Below are positions 1 to 7,022 of a stretch of DNA of 24,000 nucleotides, piece after piece (within the stretch, counting starts at the first letter, position 1; every line of letters begins with the position of its first letter). Origin of the DNA: Thermanaeromonas toyohensis ToBE. Its GTDB lineage: Bacteria; Bacillota; DSM-521; Neomoorellales; Neomoorellaceae. A program made the position numbers and the translations under genes. Where the stretch lies: assembly GCF_900176005.1 (NCBI RefSeq), contig NZ_LT838272.1:677587-701586 (forward strand), given 5' to 3'. The notes under the pieces were generated by a model. That model saw nothing but the letters and a program-made list of their open reading frames with translations. It did no database searches and was not told the origin of the DNA.

Positions 1-1
1 C

Positions 2-508
2 ATATATGCAGCGGGGGACGTAGTCGAGCACTACGACCTCGCCCAGGGGAAAAGGGGGGTCACTGCCGTCTGGCCCGCAGCGGCAACCCAAGGCCGGGTG
101 GCGGGATGCAATATGGCCGGGCGAAAGGCTCGCCTGGCAGGGTATATAAATGTAAACACGGCGGAAATCTGTGGGTTACGGATAGCCGCAGCCGGGCTGC
201 CCAAGGCTTTATCTAAGGAAGACCACGAGTATTACTACCTGGATAGAGCTTCCTGCCAGTACCGGAAAATAGTGACCCGGCAGGGAAGGTTAGTAGGGAT
301 GATCCTTATAGGCAGAATAGAAGGGGCGGGAATTTTGGCTAACTTTATACTAAAAGGGGAAATAATCGAGGGTTATGAACGGGAAATATTGCATGGCAAC
401 TTCTGGGCCAAGGGGAGGAGGTGGTGGTATGCCGGGCTACAACCTGGCCAAGTATTGGCGGCTAACCCATACCTTGCCGAAGGAAAAGAGTATACTTATG
501 CCCTATAG
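2..508 (+). CDS. FAD-dependent pyridine nucleotide-disulfide oxidoreductase (NirB/NasB-like NAD(P)H flavoprotein), 3' part only; 5' end lies outside the window
   Basis: Frame 2 is open from nt 2. The translation begins IYAAGDVVEHYD...WPAAATQGRVAGCNMAG, which is the xYAxGD FAD-binding motif and following helix typical of this family. ORF-track entry 98..508 is the tail of the same frame. Stop at 506-508. Confidence 0.75.
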   Translation: MYAAGDVVEHYDLAQGKRGVTAVWPAAATQGRVAGCNMAGRKARLAGYINVNTAEICGLRIAAAGLPKALSKEDHEYYYLDRASCQYRKIVTRQGRLVGMILIGRIEGAGILANFILKGEIIEGYEREILHGNFWAKGRRWWYAGLQPGQVLAANPYLAEGKEYTYAL

Positions 509-2531
509 CTTAAAGAAAAGCGTATGCGGCCTGTGCAATGGCGGCTGTGGCCTCCTTATAAAAGTAGACCAGGAGGGGAAAATATGTGCTGTTTACGGGG
601 ATCCGGAGAACCCCTGGAACAAGGGCCGCATATGTCCCAAACCCATGGAGGCTGCCCAGTCCTTAAATCATCCCTTAAGGGTACGCCATCCCCTAAAAAA
701 GGAGCGGGGGTTTTACCGCCGGATTACCTGGGAGGAGGCTCTGGATCATATAGCCCCCCAGTGGAAGGAGGCCCGGGAGAAAGGAGGCAACTCGGCGGTA
801 GCGGCTATAATTTCCAAAGTAGGTGGTTCCCACAGCAAATTTGCCTTAAGCGTTTTTGCCGAGCTCACCGGCCTTAACACTTACGGCACGGCCCCGGTCT
901 GCTATGAAAGCGAGCGGAAAGTAAGAATCTCTCTTTTCGGCTCTGCTGCTACCCCCAACCCGCTAAGCGATGTGGTGGAAGCGAGGCTAGTTATCCTTTT
1001 AGGTAATAACCTGGCCCAGACTAAAGCCGGTCAGTTCCCCTGGATTAAAGAAGCCCAGCGTAAGGGGACTAAGGTAATTGTTATTGATGTGCGCTATACA
1101 GAGACCGCCTGCCAAGCGGATCAGTTTATCCGTGTCCGGCCAGGTACTGATGCTGCCCTGGGCCTGGCGCTTCTCAACTTCATCATTACCAGGGGATATT
1201 ATGACCGCGAGTTGGTAGAAAAGCATACTTTGGGGTTTGAAGAGCTAGCCCGGGCGGTAGAAGCTTGCACGCCGGAGTGGGCCGCTGCCATAACAGGTGT
1301 AGAAGTAGATACTATCCTAGCTTTAGGCCAGGACCTGGCCAATTTAAGGCCGGCCCTCCTCTACCCGGGGCGGGGGGTTTGCTGCGTCAATAACGGCGCC
1401 CCTGCCCTGTGGTCTTTTGAAGCACTCATGGCCCTCCTGGGTAACATTGGCAAACCAGGCGGGGGTATAATTTCTCATATAGTAGATTATGGTAAAATGC
1501 AAGGCTTGATACCGGAAGGCTTGCGGGCCAAGCCAGAGGTAAAATATACTGCCCAGGAACTTTACCAGGCCATGCTGGAGGGCAAAATTCGAGTATTATA
1601 TATAGCAGGGAATCCTGCTGCCACCTGGCCTGATAGCAACTTGATGCGCGAAGCCCTGAGGAGGGTACCGCTAGTCATCCACCATACCCTCTTTTTTGAT
1701 GATACCTCAGCCCAGGCCGATATTATCTTGCCAGCTACCCACTGGCTGGAAGAAGCTGGGGTACAGGCTAGTGTTCACCGGGTTCTTCAGTGGCGGGAGG
1801 CGGTAACCCAGCCGCCGCCGGAGGCCAAGCCGGCGGCCGAGTTTTTCCGCCTGCTGGCAGGAAGATTAGGCTTGCCTCTAGAATATTTCCCCACTGATCC
1901 AGCCGCAGCCTGGGAGCTAGAACGGCAATATACCCCACAGGTAAGCGGTATAAGCGTGGCTGCCTTGAAAGAGGCCAAGGGAGGCATTAGCTACCCCTGC
2001 CGCCAGGGCGAAGCCCCTCAAAGGCGGCTTTATAGCCGGTTAAATTTCGGCACTCCTTCCGGCAAGATCGAACTATACCAGCGCGATCCCAAAGTGCTAC
2101 CAGCAGCCGTGCCTTCTTACCTGGATCCCCTGCAAGGCCCAGGCAACGACCCGCATTTGAAAAATGAATACCCCTTTTTCTTAAGTACTGCCAAAGTGGC
2201 CTATCACTACCATACCCAGAATCAATATAGCTCCTTTGCAGGCCGGGTCGGGAAGCCTTACCTAGAGATAAACGCTGAGCTAGCCCGGGTACTAGGTATA
2301 AGAGAAGGGGAAAAGATAGAAGTGGAGACTCGCTTCGGTTCCCTAGCGTTACCAGCCCGACTATCTACCGCCGTGCCGCCGGATTGCTTCTTTACCCAGC
2401 CCTATTATAGCGAAGCTGGTACTGGTTTAAAGCCAGCCAATTCGCTATATCCCATAGAGGTGGACCCAGTAGGTGGAAACTTTATCCAGAAGAATTTACA
2501 GTGCCGCCTTAAGCGGGACTTGAGGGGGTGA
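498..2531 (+). CDS. Molybdopterin (Mo/W-bisPGD, MopB/DMSO-reductase superfamily) oxidoreductase catalytic subunit, apparently cytoplasmic
   Basis: ORF 375..2531. I place the start at ATG 498 (M42 of the track ORF), behind a GAAGGAAAAG SD and overlapping the upstream stop by 11 nt. The N-terminus CGLCNGGC....RICPKP is the CX2CX3C...C FeS-0 motif of MopB enzymes. Also present are the VIDVRYTETA..RPGTDAAL core and a C-terminal molybdopterin-binding beta-barrel region (EYPFFLSTAK...EINAELARVLGIREGEKIEVETRFG). No twin-arginine leader is present. Confidence 0.85.
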   Translation: MPYSLKKSVCGLCNGGCGLLIKVDQEGKICAVYGDPENPWNKGRICPKPMEAAQSLNHPLRVRHPLKKERGFYRRITWEEALDHIAPQWKEAREKGGNSAVAAIISKVGGSHSKFALSVFAELTGLNTYGTAPVCYESERKVRISLFGSAATPNPLSDVVEARLVILLGNNLAQTKAGQFPWIKEAQRKGTKVIVIDVRYTETACQADQFIRVRPGTDAALGLALLNFIITRGYYDRELVEKHTLGFEELARAVEACTPEWAAAITGVEVDTILALGQDLANLRPALLYPGRGVCCVNNGAPALWSFEALMALLGNIGKPGGGIISHIVDYGKMQGLIPEGLRAKPEVKYTAQELYQAMLEGKIRVLYIAGNPAATWPDSNLMREALRRVPLVIHHTLFFDDTSAQADIILPATHWLEEAGVQASVHRVLQWREAVTQPPPEAKPAAEFFRLLAGRLGLPLEYFPTDPAAAWELERQYTPQVSGISVAALKEAKGGISYPCRQGEAPQRRLYSRLNFGTPSGKIELYQRDPKVLPAAVPSYLDPLQGPGNDPHLKNEYPFFLSTAKVAYHYHTQNQYSSFAGRVGKPYLEINAELARVLGIREGEKIEVETRFGSLALPARLSTAVPPDCFFTQPYYSEAGTGLKPANSLYPIEVDPVGGNFIQKNLQCRLKRDLRG

Positions 2532-3079
2532 ACCCGGTGAAAATGCTAATTGATACCACCCTCTGTATAGAATGCCAGGCCTGCGTTGTGGCTTGCCTAC
2601 AAGAAAATAGCCGCGAGAATCCCTGGCCGCGCATTAAGGCTTGTACCTCTTTCCCCAAAAACTGTCGGCATTGTGCCGAGCCCGCCTGTACCGCTTTTTG
2701 CCCCAGTGGGGCGTTAAAGAAAACAGAGGCAGGAGTTGTCACCTGGGAGGAAGAGCTTTGCCTGGGGTGCAAACTTTGCCTTTCCTTTTGTCCCTTTGGT
2801 TCGGTCAACTTTGACCTCGAACGAGGCCAGCCTGTCAAATGTCTCTTTTGTTCGGAGCGCCTGAAAACAGGCCTGGAGCCGGCCTGTACAGCTGTCTGCC
2901 CTACTGGAGCGCGGGTATTCGGGGAAGAGGAAGAGATTGAAAAGCTGGCGCGGGATAAAATGGCAGAGTTAAAAGGTAAGGGCAGGAAAGCCATCTTCTT
3001 TAATACTGATGCCCACCGGGACGGGATAATCATCTTAATGGAAAGCGAGGAGGAACATGGCTTTAATCTTGGGGTTTAG
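2528..3079 (+). CDS. 4Fe-4S dicluster-domain ferredoxin subunit (DmsB/PsrB/NrfC-like, four Cys clusters)
   Basis: Four cluster motifs are present: CIECQACVVAC, CRHCAEPACTAFCP, CLGCKLCLSFCP and CLFC...CTAVCP. GTG 2528 overlaps the upstream TGA (GTGA). In-frame GTG 2537 and ATG 2543 are alternative starts with better spacing from the GAGGGGG SD at 2521-2527. Confidence 0.85.
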   Translation: MNPVKMLIDTTLCIECQACVVACLQENSRENPWPRIKACTSFPKNCRHCAEPACTAFCPSGALKKTEAGVVTWEEELCLGCKLCLSFCPFGSVNFDLERGQPVKCLFCSERLKTGLEPACTAVCPTGARVFGEEEEIEKLARDKMAELKGKGRKAIFFNTDAHRDGIIILMESEEEHGFNLGV

Positions 3080-3707
3080 TGGCAGCCCTATACCTGACAG
3101 CAATCTGGATTTTATTATTCAGGAGATCCTCAAAGCTTCTGGCCAGGAGGCGGAATTCATAAAGCTTTCCCGGTATAACCTCCGGCCCTGCCTGGGCTGC
3201 CTCCAATGTGCCTCTACCAACGAGTGTATCCAGGCAGATGGCATGAACGAGCTTTTAAAAAAAATAAGAGCGGCCCGGGCTATTGTGGTGGGGGGGTTCC
3301 CCACTTTTTTTAGCCTAAACGCCCTGACCAAGACTTTTCTTGAGCGTTGGTACCCCCTTAAACACCGGGTTATGCTCACCCGCGGGAAATTAGGAGTAGT
3401 GGTGGCCGGGGGCTTTCGGGACTCTGCCAGAGTAGAAGAATATTTAACTTCCTTCTTTAAGTGGTATCATATAGAGGTGATAGGGAGCTTACGGGTTCCG
3501 GGCAATGCTCCTTGCCTTTCCTGCGGCTTTGGGGAAGAGTGCACCTATAGCAATGTTCCTTTATTTTACGGGAGCGATAAGATAAAACCGGAGATGTTCT
3601 GTACGGCTAGGGAGAACCTGGGGCTGATGGAGAAAGCCCGCAGCTTGGGGCGTGAGTTGGGTAAGAGGACGGGCAATGGACTATACCAGCTAGGCACAAA
3701 CCAATGA
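3057..3707 (+). CDS. Iron-sulfur flavoprotein (Isf-like, NADPH-dependent FMN reductase fold)
   Basis: The N-terminus MALILGFSGSP is a flavodoxin-like FMN reductase start. The compact CLGCLQCASTNEC = C-x2-C-x2-C-x5-C motif matches that described for Methanosarcina Isf. A GGAGGA SD sits at 3048-3053. The gene overlaps the upstream gene by 23 nt. Confidence 0.7.
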   Translation: MALILGFSGSPIPDSNLDFIIQEILKASGQEAEFIKLSRYNLRPCLGCLQCASTNECIQADGMNELLKKIRAARAIVVGGFPTFFSLNALTKTFLERWYPLKHRVMLTRGKLGVVVAGGFRDSARVEEYLTSFFKWYHIEVIGSLRVPGNAPCLSCGFGEECTYSNVPLFYGSDKIKPEMFCTARENLGLMEKARSLGRELGKRTGNGLYQLGTNQ

Positions 3708-3741
3708 TGAAAATTAAATAATGTGTGGGGTGATCTGAGTT

Positions 3742-4842
3742 ATAGCCCTGCTGGAAGCTCTTTTAGGCAAGGCTTCAGAACTAGGCTTTAAAGCGGGAGT
3801 TATTGAAGCCAGGGTTGTATTTGAGCGCGGTTTAGCTAGGCTTAAAGAGCGGGAAGAGTACCGGTGGGTGACCCCTTTTGTTTCCGGGAGTTTAGAACAG
3901 CGCTGCCGGCCCTTAAGCCTTTATCCCGGGGCGCGGACAGTGATAGCTCTAGCTTATCCCTGGTACTTCCCAGATCCGGCTCCCTGGAAGCCGGGTCAAG
4001 GGATAATCGCCATGAGCGCCCGCGGCGAAGATTACCACCGGGTGCTACGGAGACGTCTGGAACCCTTAGTATCTTGGCTCAGAGAGCAAGGAGCTAGGCT
4101 AGTAGTTACCCAGGTGGACAATGGCCCGCTCCTGGAACGGGAAGCAGCCTTTTGGGCTGGCCTAGGATATTATGGGTATAACTGTTCCCTGATAGTACCT
4201 GGGTGGGGTTCCTGGGTGGCCCTAGGGTTGATAGTAACAGATTTAGAAATCGAACCCACTCCTTACCAGGAGGAAAGGCGGTGTAAGGAGTGTGGACAGT
4301 GTTTTGCCGCTTGTCCCTCAGGGGCCCTAATCGGGCCTTACATTTTGAATCCCAGCCGATGCCTTTCCTACCTCACCCAGAAGAGAGGTTTTTTACCCAG
4401 GGAGGTAAGGAGTCTCCTAGGTGCGCGGTTGTATGGATGTGATACGTGTCAGGAAGTATGTCCAGAAAATGAAGGTTTATCAAGGGAGCAAGCCCAGTTG
4501 GCTAAACCTTTCCCTTTTCCGGATTTAGTTAATGTTTTGCAATTAGATAATCACTCGTTTAAGGAACAGTTTGGTGCTACAGCCCTGGCCTGGAGGGGGA
4601 AAGGGGTATTAAAGCGTAACGCGCTTATAGCCTTAGGTAATAGTGGGTATGCTACGGAAGAGGCTATCAAGATCATGGAGCAATTCTTAAGCTCTCCCTC
4701 GGCTATCCTCCGGGCCCATGCTGCCTGGGCTTTAGGACAGCTTAAAGTACCCCATTCCCATCTAGCCTTGGAAATGGCCCTCCAGAAAGAACAAGACCCT
4801 ATGGTTCGCCAGGAACTCGAGAAAGCCTTGTTTAGTTATTGA
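3742..4842 (+). CDS. queG: Epoxyqueuosine reductase QueG (B12/4Fe-4S tRNA-modification enzyme)
   Basis: Motifs: CKECGQCFAACPSGAL and RLYGCDTCQEVCP ferredoxin motifs, NPSRCLSYLTQKRGFLP, WRGKGVLKRNALIALGN and a C-terminal HEAT-like AAWALGQ, closely paralleling B. subtilis YhbA/QueG. The first canonical start is GTG 3868 (ORF track). However, the frame is open back to 3739 and encodes LLEALLGKASELGFKAGVIEA...RWVTPF, which matches the QueG N-terminus. ATA 3742 lies 8 nt after GGGGTGATC. The start is therefore uncertain (3742 or 3868). Confidence 0.85.
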   Translation: MALLEALLGKASELGFKAGVIEARVVFERGLARLKEREEYRWVTPFVSGSLEQRCRPLSLYPGARTVIALAYPWYFPDPAPWKPGQGIIAMSARGEDYHRVLRRRLEPLVSWLREQGARLVVTQVDNGPLLEREAAFWAGLGYYGYNCSLIVPGWGSWVALGLIVTDLEIEPTPYQEERRCKECGQCFAACPSGALIGPYILNPSRCLSYLTQKRGFLPREVRSLLGARLYGCDTCQEVCPENEGLSREQAQLAKPFPFPDLVNVLQLDNHSFKEQFGATALAWRGKGVLKRNALIALGNSGYATEEAIKIMEQFLSSPSAILRAHAAWALGQLKVPHSHLALEMALQKEQDPMVRQELEKALFSY

Positions 4843-4867
4843 CAGCAGCCAGGGCAGGTGTTACTAT
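4839..4867 (+). promoter_or_regulatory. Sigma-A-type promoter for the Rrf2 regulator gene: TTGACA-17 nt-TACTAT with TGn extended -10
   Basis: TTGACA lies at 4839-4844 (overlapping the queG stop), followed by an exact 17-nt spacer and TACTAT at 4862-4867. TG sits at 4859-4860. No experimental TSS is available. Confidence 0.6.
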
Positions 4868-4875
4868 GTTGGTAG

Positions 4876-4900
4876 AAAGTATACTATTACGGTATACTTT
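4876..4900. promoter_or_regulatory. Palindromic operator AAAGTATAC-TATTACG-GTATACTTT (putative Rrf2 autoregulatory site)
   Basis: Perfect 9-bp inverted arms with a 7-nt spacer, starting about 9 nt after the predicted -10. The same motif recurs at 5558-5588 upstream of cydA. Confidence 0.6.
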
Positions 4901-4992
4901 ACCGGACGGGCCTTAGGGTCCCGGGGCCTTGGGAAGGTTGTTTTACCAAGGCCGAGAGAATAGCGTTGTCCAAAGGGAAGGGTGAATAAAAT

Positions 4993-5436
4993 ATCCGCTT
5001 AACTCAAGCCACGGACTATGCCTTAAGGGCAACTTTGTACCTGGCCAGGATAGAAGTAGGAGAGGTGGTAGATGCGGAAACCATTGCCCGGGAAGAAGCC
5101 ATCCCCTTAAGATTTCTCCTTAAGATCTTTCGCTCCTTGATAAAGGCTAAACTCGTAGAAGCCGTAAGGGGAGCAAAGGGGGGGTATCGCTTAGCTCGAC
5201 CGCCAGATAAAATAACCCTTTTGGATGTGATACAGGCTGTAGAAGGTCCGGTAGAAATCAATCGGTGCTTAGTAGATCCTGAATATTGTTCTAAAAAATG
5301 GGCTAATTTTTGTCCTGTGCATGAAACCCTCTCTACGGTGCAAAAGGTAGTAAACGAACTTTTAGATTCAATTTCCCTGGCCGAGCTAGTTCACAAAAGT
5401 AAACGTGATACCCGAGATACTAAAGAAGTTATATAA
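4993..5436 (+). CDS. Rrf2-family (IscR/NsrR-like) winged-helix transcriptional regulator with putative Fe-S ligand motif
   Basis: The ORF track starts at TTG 5035, but the frame is open from 4990 and reads N-I-RLTQATDYALRATLYLA, the canonical Rrf2 N-terminus (M-R/K-L-T...DYALR). ATC 4993 occupies the initiator position, 7 nt after AAGGGTGA. The body contains GGYRLARPPDKITLLDVIQAVEG and CLVDPEYCSKKWANFCPVH. Confidence 0.85.
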   Translation: MRLTQATDYALRATLYLARIEVGEVVDAETIAREEAIPLRFLLKIFRSLIKAKLVEAVRGAKGGYRLARPPDKITLLDVIQAVEGPVEINRCLVDPEYCSKKWANFCPVHETLSTVQKVVNELLDSISLAELVHKSKRDTRDTKEVI

Positions 5437-5557
5437 GCACGGTCATTAAGGATGCTATTTTAAGCACAATTATATTAAAAGTAAAACTTTGGTTGATATG
5501 AGCTTTTTAGACTGATTTTTATTGAGTTCTTTAGATTAAGGAGACTTTATTTTCACC

Positions 5558-5588
5558 CTAAAAGTATACTTAATTAGTATACTTTTAG
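5558..5588. promoter_or_regulatory. Palindromic operator CTAAAAGTATAC-TTAATTA-GTATACTTTTAG upstream of cydA (second copy of the Rrf2-promoter motif)
   Basis: Perfect 12-bp inverted arms with a 7-nt spacer. It ends 4 nt before the cydA SD (GGGAGG 5593-5598), and cydA starts at ATG 5608. The core is identical to 4876-4900. Confidence 0.6.
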
Positions 5589-5607
5589 CCTAGGGAGGTA
5601 AAGAATT

Positions 5608-6978
5608 ATGAATACCCTTACCCTCTCCCGCATTCAGTTTGCCTTGACCTCAGCCTTTCATTTCCTTTATGTTCCCCTCACCATCGGGCTAGCGGTGCTT
5701 ATCGCTATAATGGAGTACCGTTATTGGCGAACCCAGAATCCTGTTTGGGATGAGATGGCTCGCTTTTGGACCAAGCTATTGGCTATAAACTTTGCCATCG
5801 GCGTAGCTAGCGGTATAACTTTAGAATTTCAATTCGGAACCAATTGGGCCAATTATTCTCGCTTTGTAGGTGATATATTTGGAGCCCCCCTGGCGGCGGA
5901 AGGGGTTTTTGCCTTTTTCCTGGAGTCTACATTCATCGGCTTGCTCCTCTTCGGAAGGGATCGCGTTTCCCCCTTTATGCGCTTTTTTGCAGCTTTGATG
6001 GTGGCCCTGGGCACCAATCTCTCTGCTTTCTGGATTCTGGCCGCCAATTCCTGGCAGCAGACTCCGGCTGGGTATCAAATAGAGGGCGGCCGGGCCGTGT
6101 TAACTAGCTTTGTGGAGGCAGTCTTCAACCCTTCTACAGTCCCCCGTTTCTTGCACACCATTGCCGCGTCCTATATAACTGCAGCTTTCTTCGTTACGGG
6201 TATCAGTGCTTATTACCTTCTCAAAAAGAGAAACGAAGATATGGCGGTACCTTCTCTGAAATTGGCCTTCATTTTCGGGCTCATCTTTACCCTGCTCCAG
6301 ATCCTGTGGGGCCATAACCATGCCCGGCAAGTAGCGCATACCCAGCCAGTTAAATTGGCAGCCTTTGAAGCCCAGTGGGAAACTAAAGAGGCTGCACCCC
6401 TGCTTCTCTTCGCCCTGCCTGATCCGGCCAGCGAAAGGAACACCTTGGAGGTAGGGCTTCCCGGGATGCTAAGCCTACTGGTGCACGGCGATACCCAGGG
6501 AACAATCCAGGGTTTAAAAGACTTCCCCCCAGAACTCCGGCCACCCCTAATACCAGTCTTCTTCGCTTACCGGCTTATGGTCCTTTTAGGGCTATATTTG
6601 GCTGGAGTAATGCTCTGGGGTGCTTACTTGTGGTTACGCGGTCAGTTTACTACCCGTTCCTCTTTCTTAAAGGTGCTCCTTTACTCTATACCTATACCTT
6701 ATGTGGCCAGCCAGCTAGGGTGGTTGGCTACCGAGGTAGGCCGGCAACCCTGGATAGTATACGGATTGCTTAAGACCTCGGAAGCAGTCTCTCCTTTACC
6801 GGCGGGTCAGGTACTAACTACTTTGGTGGCTTTTACTGTTTTCTACATTATCTTGTTTGGTATTTTCTTGTTCCTTATGTTCCGCGAGGTCAAGGGCTAC
6901 GGTATGGGCCCGGGGGTTAAGGAGCAATTAAAAGTTGGTGGGATAACTGGAGTGCATGGTTCTTATGGAGTGAGATGA
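5608..6978 (+). CDS. cydA: Cytochrome bd ubiquinol/menaquinol oxidase subunit I
   Basis: The N-terminus [61 protein letters not shown] and [13 protein letters not shown] are hallmark CydA motifs. At 456 aa it is a short Q-loop type. A strong SD is present. Confidence 0.95.
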   Translation: MNTLTLSRIQFALTSAFHFLYVPLTIGLAVLIAIMEYRYWRTQNPVWDEMARFWTKLLAINFAIGVASGITLEFQFGTNWANYSRFVGDIFGAPLAAEGVFAFFLESTFIGLLLFGRDRVSPFMRFFAALMVALGTNLSAFWILAANSWQQTPAGYQIEGGRAVLTSFVEAVFNPSTVPRFLHTIAASYITAAFFVTGISAYYLLKKRNEDMAVPSLKLAFIFGLIFTLLQILWGHNHARQVAHTQPVKLAAFEAQWETKEAAPLLLFALPDPASERNTLEVGLPGMLSLLVHGDTQGTIQGLKDFPPELRPPLIPVFFAYRLMVLLGLYLAGVMLWGAYLWLRGQFTTRSSFLKVLLYSIPIPYVASQLGWLATEVGRQPWIVYGLLKTSEAVSPLPAGQVLTTLVAFTVFYIILFGIFLFLMFREVKGYGMGPGVKEQLKVGGITGVHGSYGVR

Positions 6979-7022
6979 AGGGTACAGAATAAGCCGGAGC
7001 ACAATAGAAAGGGGGAGCCAGG

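Noticed and set aside
375-497. Upstream extension of the molybdopterin oxidoreductase ORF (MNGKYCMATSGPRGGGGGMPGY...).
   Set aside because: It overlaps the upstream flavoprotein gene by 134 nt, is Gly-rich and non-homologous, and has no SD. ATG 498 sits right before the conserved Cys motif and has an SD.
486-516. A third partial copy of the GTATAC operator (AGAGTATAC-TTATGCC-CTATAGCTT) at the molybdoenzyme start codon.
   Set aside because: Only the left half-site is good; the right arm matches 6 of 9 positions. It also lies inside the upstream coding sequence. Isolated GTATAC hexamers occur by chance elsewhere in coding DNA (about 6760 and about 15037). It is worth including in a genome-wide PWM scan but is not supportable as a site.
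2509-3033. A 174-aa ORF on the minus strand. Other minus- or alternate-frame ORFs in the track include 524..877, 999..1226, 5016..5261, 7196..7489, 8475..8786, 13440..13772, 13860..14198, 15227..15541, 16223..16531, 21520..21867 and 22667..22945.
   Set aside because: Each lies entirely inside, or antisense to, a gene with strong family motifs. Their translations are low-complexity (Ser/Arg/Pro/Ala-rich) and they lack SD sequences. They are shadow ORFs, as expected at this GC content.
4903-4953. Two stem-loops in the rrf2 5' leader: CCGGAC...GTCCCGG at about 4903-4924, and GGCCTTGG-13 nt-CCAAGGCC at 4925-4953.
   Set aside because: The stems are real but have no U-tract and no recognisable riboswitch architecture. 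GC-rich leaders fold by chance. They are noted only as possible mRNA-stability elements.
5437-5557. Search for a Rex box (TTGTGAA-N4-TTCACAA) or a clear sigma-A promoter in the AT-rich region upstream of cydA.
   Set aside because: Only an isolated TTTCACC is present. Candidate promoters (TTGATA at about 5502, and TTGAGT-17-CTTTAT at 5522-5550) have poor -10 hexamers. The promoter position is left unresolved.
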